IMG/VR virus record: IMGVR_UViG_3300046737_000089
Source: a virus
Length of the DNA: 36,603 nt
Strand: one strand, 5' to 3'
Part shown: positions 17,456 through 23,591 of the stretch, piece after piece
Layout: each line of letters begins with the position of its first letter
How positions within the stretch are numbered: the first letter of the stretch is position 1
Translations under genes and position numbers: made by a program
The notes under the pieces: generated by a model
What the model saw: only the letters and a program-made list of their open reading frames with translations
The model's database searches: none
What the model was told of the DNA's origin: nothing

Positions 17456-17530
17456 AATTTTCTCGTATTATAATTATCATTTGTCCTGTTATATTGCGTC
17501 CTAGCAAATTGTCCTGTTTACTCCATAAAA

Positions 17531-17654
17531 TGGGGGTTAACGGTAGGATTCGAACCCACGAAGACCTTAGAGCAAATACCCATTCGCTACATTATCGTCA
17601 AGAGAAGCGACGCGACGCTCTCTCTGCCGTTGACCGCTTGGCTGTACGTTAACC
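17531..17654 (-). tRNA. Atypical 124-nt tRNA-like gene with encoded CCA (isotype undeterminable; non-canonical anticodon and variable regions)
   Basis: Minus strand: acceptor GGTTAAC(G)/(C)GTTAACC, discriminator C plus CCA, T-arm GTGGG-TTCGAAT-CCTAC, type-II-like D-arm GCC-AAGCGGTCAAC-GGC. The middle folds into two hairpins with 6-nt loops rather than a 7-nt anticodon loop. Confidence 0.5.
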
Positions 17655-17658
17655 ATAA

Positions 17659-17739
17659 AAATTTAAGCGCCCTTAATCGGTGTTAATCAAGCAAATAATC
17701 CAACGATTAATAAAAAAACAACTAAGGACGCTTAAATTT
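17659..17739 (-). other. Long imperfect hairpin (11 bp aaatttaagcg/cgcttaaattt plus 5 bp cctta/taagg and inner pairings) 4 nt upstream of the tRNA-like gene
   Basis: Inverted repeats read directly from the sequence. Confidence 0.4.
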
Positions 17740-17828
17740 GCTCTCTATTCACTTTATCAAATAAAAGTCGCGTGGAGGGCGACGCTCTCCTGATATCTAA
17801 TATCTACCCACGAATAGAAAGCAAAATT

Positions 17829-17984
17829 CTAAATATTCAAACTATCTTTAACAGGCATAGACGCTTCTCGCCATGCATACGACTTACACTTAGGGCACGC
17901 AATAGGCTCAGCTTTTCTAGGAACCCATACCCAAAGACATCGAGCGCATTTTACGTTATCTACTTTCGTTGCTGTTTTTTTCAT
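17829..17984 (-). CDS. 51-aa zinc-ribbon protein (MKKTATKVDNVKCARCLWVWVPRKAEPIACPKCKSYAWREASMPVKDSLNI), below the track cutoff
   Basis: My own translation. CxxC-x16-CxxC with conserved-looking W/R spacing; overlaps the rsr 3' end by 29 nt. Confidence 0.5.
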   Translation of the reverse strand: MKKTATKVDNVKCARCLWVWVPRKAEPIACPKCKSYAWREASMPVKDSLNI

Positions 17985-19272
17985 GCTCTATAATAAACCT
18001 AAATATATTTTCACTAAAACCGCTTATGTGAATACCTTTATTATAAGCTATTCCGTTCTTATAAGAAGCAACATTAATAATATAATTCTCAATCCTACGT
18101 TTAAGCAAAACGTTATCTGCGTTCTGTTCATCTGTAATAATAATAAGCCGGTCATAAGGAAAGCTTTTATGCAGTGCATTAACAGCAGCGCCTAAATACG
18201 TTCCTCCATTCGACTGACTGTGCATAATGTTTTTTATCAGTGAGAAATTATTTACCGCAGCTACTTCAACAAACGATTCAGAAAATGTGAAAATTCTTAC
18301 ATCTTCAAAATAATTTACTGCCAATAATGCTAACGCACCTGCAGCGTCCATTCGAGTTACTTCAGACTTACCAGACAACCTATCATTCATCGACCCTGAA
18401 ACATCAACTAACACTACCGTTTTTCCGTTCAATTTCTCAAATTTACTTTTCAAAAAAGCCTTTTCTAAAGCAACTGTATATTGGGGCGCATGAACAGCAG
18501 CGGTTATTAATCTAAATGGCAATACTCTTTCAAAATTCGCAACATCAAAATAGGATTCAATCAACTCATTAGATACACCAGCAGCATACATATTACGAAG
18601 GTTTCTAATAAATGCTAATGCACCTAATTTATTTTCTGTCATCAATCGTTCAAATGTTTCTTTCTTATTTGCGCCTGATGATAATGCAACTTCCCATGTG
18701 TCAGGACTTTCTAATTCATTATTAGCAAGCTTTTTCCATATTACCGCTTGCTCTTCATTGTCTGGTTTTGGATGTACTAAAAACATTACATCCCGTAATT
18801 TAATTGCTTTCGACTGATTATTATATTTAGCTAATTGATAAGCATTAAAGTGTGTAAATGCTAATCCCAGTCCTTTTTTCACTTGATTAGGAATTGGTTT
18901 TTTACCATCTTTCCAATAAATCGCTAAAAATTCAGTGATTTCATCAGGGCGAGCAATAATCCTTTCTAACGCGTGAGCCATTCCAGCATATTTTTTTTCA
19001 ACTAAGATTACTAATAACAACAGAGGAACATGACGTAAGTGCATTGCATGACGCGCGCCGAGAGCTAGTAAATAAATGTGTTCATTATCTACTTTCTGAC
19101 ATAACTCAACTAATCTAGACGCATGGTCTTGACCGTTTTCATAGAATGATTTTTCCCACAAAAAACAGCTCATCACTGAACGTTCAAGTTCTTGCAATGG
19201 AGATATCTTAGATGCCCTACCGCCTTCATGCGTAGTTATTAACTCAGGGATAGAATGATTAATTGAAGCCAT
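17956..19272 (-). CDS. rsr: Ro60/Rsr orthologue (TROVE domain plus vWA/MIDAS domain)
   Basis: Collinear matches to Ro60 as I recall it: CFLWEKSFYENG, KLRDVMFLVHPKP, LGALAFIRNLRNM, VLPFRLITA, VVLVDVSGSMN (MIDAS DxSxS), GGTYLG, LIIITDEQ. Confidence 0.9.
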   Translation of the reverse strand: MASINHSIPELITTHEGGRASKISPLQELERSVMSCFLWEKSFYENGQDHASRLVELCQKVDNEHIYLLALGARHAMHLRHVPLLLLVILVEKKYAGMAHALERIIARPDEITEFLAIYWKDGKKPIPNQVKKGLGLAFTHFNAYQLAKYNNQSKAIKLRDVMFLVHPKPDNEEQAVIWKKLANNELESPDTWEVALSSGANKKETFERLMTENKLGALAFIRNLRNMYAAGVSNELIESYFDVANFERVLPFRLITAAVHAPQYTVALEKAFLKSKFEKLNGKTVVLVDVSGSMNDRLSGKSEVTRMDAAGALALLAVNYFEDVRIFTFSESFVEVAAVNNFSLIKNIMHSQSNGGTYLGAAVNALHKSFPYDRLIIITDEQNADNVLLKRRIENYIINVASYKNGIAYNKGIHISGFSENIFRFIIEHEKNSNESR

Positions 19273-19293
19273 ATTTTTCTCACTTTTATTAAT

Positions 19294-19380
19294 GCTTTAT
19301 CAGCTATGACAGAACAAAAATAACAGCGTGTTTTCACCGATTGAAGTAGCCGTTATTACACTAGTCATAGCTGATAAAGC
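19294..19380 (-). ncRNA. Y-RNA-like module C: 17-bp perfect outer stem, conserved internal loop (TAGTGT / TTTGTTCT), 8-bp inner stem, small apical hairpin; ends 21 nt before the rsr ATG
   Basis: gctttatcagctatgac (19380..19364) pairs with gtcatagctgataaagc (19310..19294); aataacgg pairs with ctgttatt. Confidence 0.6.
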
Positions 19381-19386
19381 ACTTAG

Positions 19387-19524
19387 AGATGCTACAGAAC
19401 AAGCGATACACTTATTTTTCGTGCTCTACCAACTGAGCTACCACTCGTTACCGAATGAGATGGACTCGAACCACCGACCACGTCATTACAAGTGAAGTAA
19501 GTGTATCTATCACTAGCAGCATCT
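19387..19524 (-). ncRNA. Y-RNA-like module B (YrlA-type): interrupted long stem enclosing a circularly permuted tRNA-like domain
   Basis: Minus strand: agatgctgc/gtagcatct (9 bp) and gatacactta/taagtgtatc (10 bp) flank an internal loop. Inside are T-arm GGTGG-TTCGAGT-CCATC, a 7-bp acceptor-like stem TCATTCG-GTAA-CGAGTGG closed by a GNRA loop, and a canonical D-arm TA-GCTC-AGTTGGTA-GAGC. Confidence 0.7.
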
Positions 19525-19536
19525 TTAAATACTTTG

Positions 19537-19646
19537 TAAAGTATTGCAGAACAACTAATAAACTCATTTGCCCACCCGGGCCAACCTGAAATTCAGGTAG
19601 TTTGGATTCGAACCGAAGTAAGTATATTAACACTAACAATACTTTA
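19537..19646 (-). ncRNA. Y-RNA-like module A: interrupted long stem enclosing a second, more degenerate permuted tRNA-like domain; begins at the predicted transcription start
   Basis: taaagtattg/caatacttta (10 bp) and taatatact/agtttatta (9 bp, one mismatch) flank the same internal loop. Inside are GG-TTCGAAT-CC T-loop, hairpin acctga-att-tcaggt and mini D-arm GCCC-GGGT-GGGC. Confidence 0.6.
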
Positions 19647-19653
19647 CCTCCTC

Positions 19654-19682
19654 ATAATAATAATAATAATAAACTTTGTCAA
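19654..19682 (-). promoter_or_regulatory. Sigma70-type promoter TTGACA-N17-TATTAT driving the Y-RNA modules and rsr
   Basis: -35 TTGACA at 19682..19677, exact 17-nt spacer, -10 TATTAT at 19659..19654. Near-identical to the promoter at 22572..22600. Confidence 0.65.
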
Positions 19683-19699
19683 CTCTTTTTTAAAAATAT

Positions 19700-19728
19700 T
19701 TGCAAAATATTTTCTATACGCTTAAAAT
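19700..19728 (+). promoter_or_regulatory. Sigma70-type promoter TTGCAA-N17-TAAAAT for the plus-strand Lys-rich gene cluster
   Basis: Hexamers and the 17-nt spacer read directly; divergent from the Y-RNA/rsr promoter. Confidence 0.5.
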
Positions 19729-19759
19729 AAGTTCATTGTCCTTTTTAGTAATAGAAGTC

Positions 19760-19969
19760 ATGGCAGTATTAAAAGCAAAAGAACGAAATAAACTTAAGAA
19801 ATCAACTTTCGGCTTACCTGGCGAAAGAAAATATCCAATGCCCGATAAATCTCATGCTGCCAATGCAAAAGCACGCGCAACGCAGATGGTAAAAAAAGGC
19901 AAACTTTCACCGGCATCTAAAGCAAAAATCGACGCAAAAGCTAACGGCGTCCTAGGAAAAAAGAAATGA
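19760..19969 (+). CDS. Small basic protein (MAVLKAKERNKLKKSTFGLPGERKYPMPDKSHAANAKARATQ...)
   Basis: ATG at 19760 inside tracked ORF 19700..19969, whose upstream part overlaps the promoter. Confidence 0.55.
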   Translation: MAVLKAKERNKLKKSTFGLPGERKYPMPDKSHAANAKARATQMVKKGKLSPASKAKIDAKANGVLGKKK

Positions 19970-20151
19970 GCAACTTACCCAATGATGATGTTCGAGTAAA
20001 TAATCGTTCAACTGCGGTTATGAAAACTAAGAAAGACCAAGACTCCAAAACCATGAATAACATGTCTAAAAAAGCAAGTATGGGAACCGGCAAAAAGAAA
20101 GGCTCAAACAAAAGAAATATTACCGTTAGAAATTCGGTTACTACATACTAA
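19966..20151 (+). CDS. Small Lys/Asn-rich basic protein
   Basis: 61-aa ORF with ATGA overlap with the previous gene. Confidence 0.45.
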   Translation: MSNLPNDDVRVNNRSTAVMKTKKDQDSKTMNNMSKKASMGTGKKKGSNKRNITVRNSVTTY

Positions 20152-20161
20152 GGTAAAATCA

Positions 20162-20287
20162 AATGAAAAAAGCAATGAAATCTGTTAAAAATATGAAAGA
20201 AGAAATGATGGAAAAGAAAGCTATGAAAAAAGCACCTAAAAAAGCTGTCAAAGAAATTAAAAAAATCCATAAAAAAATGGGCTATTA
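20162..20287 (+). CDS. 41-aa Lys-rich protein (MKKAMKSVKNMKEEMMEKKAMKKAPKKAVKEIKKIHKKMGY), below the track cutoff
   Basis: My own translation; AAGG Shine-Dalgarno 8 nt upstream. Confidence 0.4.
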
Positions 20288-20295
20288 AAAGTTAA

Positions 20296-20496
20296 TCAGT
20301 AAATATTTTCAGATTTCGGTGCAGACAAACAGATTTTAGATATTGGCTTTTCTTTTAAGCAGCGATAACAGCTTACCACTTTATCCCAAATTTCTAATTC
20401 TATTAATCCATCAAAAGTATGGTAATTAGCCTGGAAAAAAACCAACTTTTTCTCACAATAAGTTTCTTTACAAAAAAAGCATTTATATTTTTTCAT
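20296..20496 (-). CDS. Hypothetical CxxC...CxxC protein
   Basis: 66-aa ORF with CFFC and CYRC. Confidence 0.5.
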   Translation of the reverse strand: MKKYKCFFCKETYCEKKLVFFQANYHTFDGLIELEIWDKVVSCYRCLKEKPISKICLSAPKSENIY

Positions 20497-20771
20497 AACG
20501 TATTAAACCTTTTTAGATTCCTGCGTAAATAAATAGACCGTGGATTGTATAGTTTTCCTTTCAGAATTAAATGATTTTCAAACATCAATTTATTTTCATA
20601 TTTTTCAGTAAGCCGCCTTTGCTTTTTCATAAGATTCTCATCAGAAAAACGCCCATTAATTTCATCTTGTTCTCTGCGTTCTTTAAAGCCCTCCATAATG
20701 GATTGGTGATATTTAATCACGTCCTCTTTGTTCTTTTTATTAAATTTAAAAAATCTGTCCCAAAAACTCAT
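20493..20771 (-). CDS. Hypothetical basic protein
   Basis: 92-aa ORF with 4-nt overlaps. Confidence 0.5.
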   Translation of the reverse strand: MSFWDRFFKFNKKNKEDVIKYHQSIMEGFKERREQDEINGRFSDENLMKKQRRLTEKYENKLMFENHLILKGKLYNPRSIYLRRNLKRFNTL

Positions 20772-21211
20772 AACGAAAACCCACTTAAAAAATCTGCCAT
20801 CGGTCTATCGCAAATAGTCCTTGCGTATGTCTTCGCTGACATAATTCTAAAATCAATCAAACCACCTTTCACAATTTTATTAATCCGGATTGTGTGGTCG
20901 TCGCATATTTGATAATCATCACTAAAAAGTCCTGCGTACTGCAATGAATCAAATAACGCTTTTTTTATGTTATCCATGTCACGCTTGCGTTTATCCGGAG
21001 GATAGATAATTATCTCCACCATTAAATCGCCATCCATGGGCATTCCGTCCCACTTTTCACCCTTACCAATGCATTGCCAAAGGGTAGCCCTCAAAAGTTG
21101 CCTGTATGCCCTTCCTTGGGCGCTAATAACGATTCTATTCTGCCACTTCTTGTAGTAGTTATTAATCGTGGGTGGATATGGCAAATTAAATTGCAGCATT
21201 TTAGTTAACAT
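20768..21211 (-). CDS. rusA: RusA-family Holliday junction resolvase
   Basis: LPYPPTINNYY..., DMDNIKKALFDSLQYAGLFSDDYQI is the RusA catalytic Asp motif; 147 aa. Confidence 0.85.
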   Translation of the reverse strand: MLTKMLQFNLPYPPTINNYYKKWQNRIVISAQGRAYRQLLRATLWQCIGKGEKWDGMPMDGDLMVEIIIYPPDKRKRDMDNIKKALFDSLQYAGLFSDDYQICDDHTIRINKIVKGGLIDFRIMSAKTYARTICDRPMADFLSGFSL

Positions 21212-21468
21212 CCGCCTGAATCACAGCTGCCACCTGAATCAGAATCACTCGAAGAATCGTAGCTACAAGAACTGTCTGAACTGCTCGTTGTATCACAGCT
21301 AGAACTTGAACCTAAATCTGATAACGCCTCCGCCATAAAGACCTGGTTTATAAAATTAATATTTATATTGCTGTCGTCTTGTCTCGCCAATCTTTTAGCG
21401 CACGAATAACAAGTTGAAATAGTTTCATCTTCCGGCAATATATTATTACACACGTTGCATCTATTCAT
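21205..21468 (-). CDS. Zinc-ribbon protein with a Ser/Asp/Cys-rich C-terminal tail
   Basis: CNVC...CYSC at the N-terminus; tail SSSSCDTTSSSDSSCSYDSSSDSDSGGSCDSGGC. Confidence 0.55.
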   Translation of the reverse strand: MNRCNVCNNILPEDETISTCYSCAKRLARQDDSNININFINQVFMAEALSDLGSSSSCDTTSSSDSSCSYDSSSDSDSGGSCDSGGC

Positions 21469-21814
21469 CTTCCACCTTTACAAGTTGATAGCAAACTGAA
21501 GTATCTAAATCTAATTCCGAGTCATCATCATGACAAACGCCATCTAAATCATAAGATTTAAAATCTGCAAATATACATTGTATATAAATCGTCTCACAAT
21601 CTTTCTGTATTGAAGTGATCTCCCTAAGGCATCCGCTTTTATCTCGATAAATATCACCGACATGAATTCTTCGTTTAGGAGTTTTTTTTTCAACTTCCGT
21701 AAATTCATCTAAAATTTTAGATAAATATTCACAGCTTGCAGTCGTATTAAATAATCCATGCATAACAACCCAATATTTTTTACGTATTTCATCTGCTTCT
21801 TCTCTAGTTAACAT
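21461..21814 (-). CDS. Hypothetical protein, MLT(R/K)EEAD family (paralogue of 25270..25620)
   Basis: Shared N-terminus, a central KPKR+-I-GxIY-D-G motif and a YxLV-x-x-DE C-terminus. Confidence 0.55.
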   Translation of the reverse strand: MLTREEADEIRKKYWVVMHGLFNTTASCEYLSKILDEFTEVEKKTPKRRIHVGDIYRDKSGCLREITSIQKDCETIYIQCIFADFKSYDLDGVCHDDDSELDLDTSVCYQLVKVEDE

Positions 21815-21836
21815 TTCTTTGCCCTCAATTTAGATT

Positions 21837-22313
21837 CTACTTTTCTTTCAAGAGATTTAAAGCTTCCTGTAACATCCCATCACAATGAAGACCCGCTTCA
21901 TCTGCTACAAAGGCAAGTACGCCTGCAATGTTTGATATAGCGTCGATAATATTTTTTTGAGGAACTATATGCTCCACTAAATCTATTAATTGATTGATTA
22001 CCCCTATTACTTGATTCAATTTAATTTCTAAAGCAGCTGTATTAGCCCACTGCGTTCCTTCTAGTAAATAAATTTTATTTATTTTCTTTTTATTTAATTT
22101 AAAATAATTTTCCACACTTTTAAAAATTTCATCTGGAATAGGTTCGCCTATAGCAATCTTTTCTGTCAAATCTCTTAATCGACAGTGAATAGAATGGCTG
22201 AAACATTTCTCGTCATATACAATATTCATCCCAGCTGTAGAAACTAATTTATCAGCGCATTCATTAATAAAACTTCCTAAATCAATAGCCTCTTCTCTAG
22301 TTAACATTTTCAC
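21837..22313 (-). CDS. Hypothetical protein (N-terminus MKMLTREEA)
   Basis: 158-aa ORF in the track. Confidence 0.55.
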   Translation of the reverse strand: MKMLTREEAIDLGSFINECADKLVSTAGMNIVYDEKCFSHSIHCRLRDLTEKIAIGEPIPDEIFKSVENYFKLNKKKINKIYLLEGTQWANTAALEIKLNQVIGVINQLIDLVEHIVPQKNIIDAISNIAGVLAFVADEAGLHCDGMLQEALNLLKEK

Positions 22314-22545
22314 CTCTCAATAATCGTTTAGCATAGTCAATACAATATTCAGCGTAAGCCTTTCCAGTTAGATGCGGCGCTTTTTCTAAATGCGCTTTCA
22401 CTGCTGGGTGTATCTTTACGGGGAAAGCAGATTCAGTTGCTCCCATCTTTTTAATTTCAATTGTAGAAATTGGTGGAACTTTAAATCCACACGGACATTC
22501 TGGTTTATACATCAACGTATCACATTGTGGGCAATTCATTTTCAT
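22297..22545 (-). CDS. Hypothetical zinc-binding protein (CPQC...CPC)
   Basis: 82-aa ORF, the first gene after the promoter at 22572..22600. Confidence 0.55.
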   Translation of the reverse strand: MKMNCPQCDTLMYKPECPCGFKVPPISTIEIKKMGATESAFPVKIHPAVKAHLEKAPHLTGKAYAEYCIDYAKRLLRGENVN

Positions 22546-22571
22546 TCTCCGTTATTATTAATCTCTTCCTC

Positions 22572-22600
22572 ATAATAATAATAATAACAACATTTGTCAA
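22572..22600 (-). promoter_or_regulatory. Sigma70-type promoter TTGACA-N17-TATTAT (twin of 19654..19682)
   Basis: -35 at 22600..22595, 17-nt spacer, -10 at 22577..22572, followed by GAGGA as in the other copy. Confidence 0.6.
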
Positions 22601-22607
22601 ATGGGTT

Positions 22608-23342
22608 TCATTCTTTTTTCATAATTTTATTTTTATCTTCTTCCGTCACAAGTTCAGGGAGATATTTATCGTAGAAATTGCTTTTCTTGAAAAGTGTCGA
22701 GGGTCTCAAGTATTTTTCCATCTCTGGATTATTGCTCCACTGAGAATGCTTCCTAGCGATTACCTGTTTGCATTGTTCCAATGTCACGCCTTCCTTCAAT
22801 CTCTCGAGGATGGGTTTCAGAGTGGTATCGACGTACTGGTAATTTCTTCCTGTCTTCAATCTTAAAAAATCAATAACCAGTTTTGCAGTACTCTGCAAAA
22901 CAGAAGAGAGATGGCTTTGGGGCGCTGAAGTTTCAGGGCGTTTTTTCTTTATTTTAATTTCTTTAAGATCAGTAATAAGATCATTAATTATATTGGGTGA
23001 ACTGAGTTCACTAGCATGGTGAACTGAGTTCACTAGTAGAGGTGAACTGAGTTCACTAGTAGGTAGGTTGATTCGATAGTTATTACCTAATAATTTACTT
23101 TTTTTAACAGGTTTTGTAGGATCAGCTTTAACTAATAATCCCATAAAACAGAGTTGATCGATTATCTTTATGACACCACGTCGACTGAGTCCGGTGATCT
23201 CTGAAATGGTATGATATGATGGGCAACAAAGACCGTCTTTGGCATCATTAACGTAGTACGCTAAACAATGAAGAACAAGACGTTGACCAGGAGTAATGGA
23301 CAGCTTCGTTTGCCATAATTGGAGTAATAAACTGATGCTCAT
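22608..23342 (-). CDS. Replication initiator / replisome organizer (N-terminal winged HTH plus conserved phage C-terminal domain)
   Basis: LHCLAYYVN...CCPSYHTISEITGLSRRGVIKIIDQL (HTH) and a C-terminal ...YLRPSTLFKKSNFYDKY typical of phage replication proteins; iterons lie inside the gene. Confidence 0.7.
   Translation of the reverse strand: MSISLLLQLWQTKLSITPGQRLVLHCLAYYVNDAKDGLCCPSYHTISEITGLSRRGVIKIIDQLCFMGLLVKADPTKPVKKSKLLGNNYRINLPTSELSSPLLVNSVHHASELSSPNIINDLITDLKEIKIKKKRPETSAPQSHLSSVLQSTAKLVIDFLRLKTGRNYQYVDTTLKPILERLKEGVTLEQCKQVIARKHSQWSNNPEMEKYLRPSTLFKKSNFYDKYLPELVTEEDKNKIMKKE
22996..23059. repeat. Three iterons GGTGAACTGAGTTCACTAG (22996..23014, 23018..23036, 23041..23059), each containing GTGAAC-N3-GTTCAC; candidate origin of replication
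   Basis: Exact 19-bp repeats with 22-23 bp periodicity inside the replication-initiator gene, as with lambda ori inside gene O. Confidence 0.75.
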
Positions 23343-23354
23343 GCCAATTCCTGA

Positions 23355-23591
23355 TTAATTAAGTAGGAATATATCGGGGCGAAGATCTTCTTTTTTAATA
23401 CCGTATTTGCTTTCGATTAATACGCATACACGAGCACTCGGAAGATATTTACCACTAATCAATTGGCTTATAGAAGGTTTTTTAATATTGAGGGATTGGG
23501 CTAATTTAAGCTGCGATCCTGCCTGTTTCGCTAACCCTTTTAGTATTTGCTGGATGTGTCTTTTTTCTTCTTCTTTAAGCGCGATCAACAT
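23355..23591 (-). CDS. Cro/CI-type (XRE/YdaS-like) HTH regulator (start moved to MLIALKEEEK...)
   Basis: QLKLAQSLNIKKPSISQLISGKYLPSARVCVLIESKYGI is an HTH pattern; AAGGGA Shine-Dalgarno before the ATG at 23591. The tracked ORF extends to 23717 through the regulatory region. Confidence 0.65.
   Translation of the reverse strand: MLIALKEEEKRHIQQILKGLAKQAGSQLKLAQSLNIKKPSISQLISGKYLPSARVCVLIESKYGIKKEDLRPDIFLLN

Noticed and set aside
17772-17993. 73-aa plus-strand ORF between the tRNA-like gene and rsr
   Set aside because: It is opposite to all neighbouring genes. The minus strand here encodes a much more convincing CxxC...CxxC zinc-ribbon ORF (17829..17984), and the rest is structured non-coding sequence.
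19441-19480. Canonical tRNA gene suggested by GGTTCGAGTCC and TAGCTCAGTTGGTAGAGC motifs
   Set aside because: The T-arm precedes the D-arm and the acceptor-like stem is closed by a GTAA loop (permuted order). There is no anticodon arm and no free acceptor end, so it is a tRNA mimic inside a larger RNA rather than a tRNA.
19448-19639. 63-aa minus-strand ORF in the track upstream of rsr
   Set aside because: It lies entirely on the structured Y-RNA-like modules (tRNA-like T-arm, D-arm and long stems). It has an odd hydrophobic composition and no Shine-Dalgarno. An RNA-gene interpretation explains the sequence better.
22996-23059. Possible CRISPR-like repeat array
   Set aside because: There are only three repeats with 3-4-bp 'spacers', located inside a replication-initiator ORF. 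This is the classic iteron arrangement, not CRISPR.
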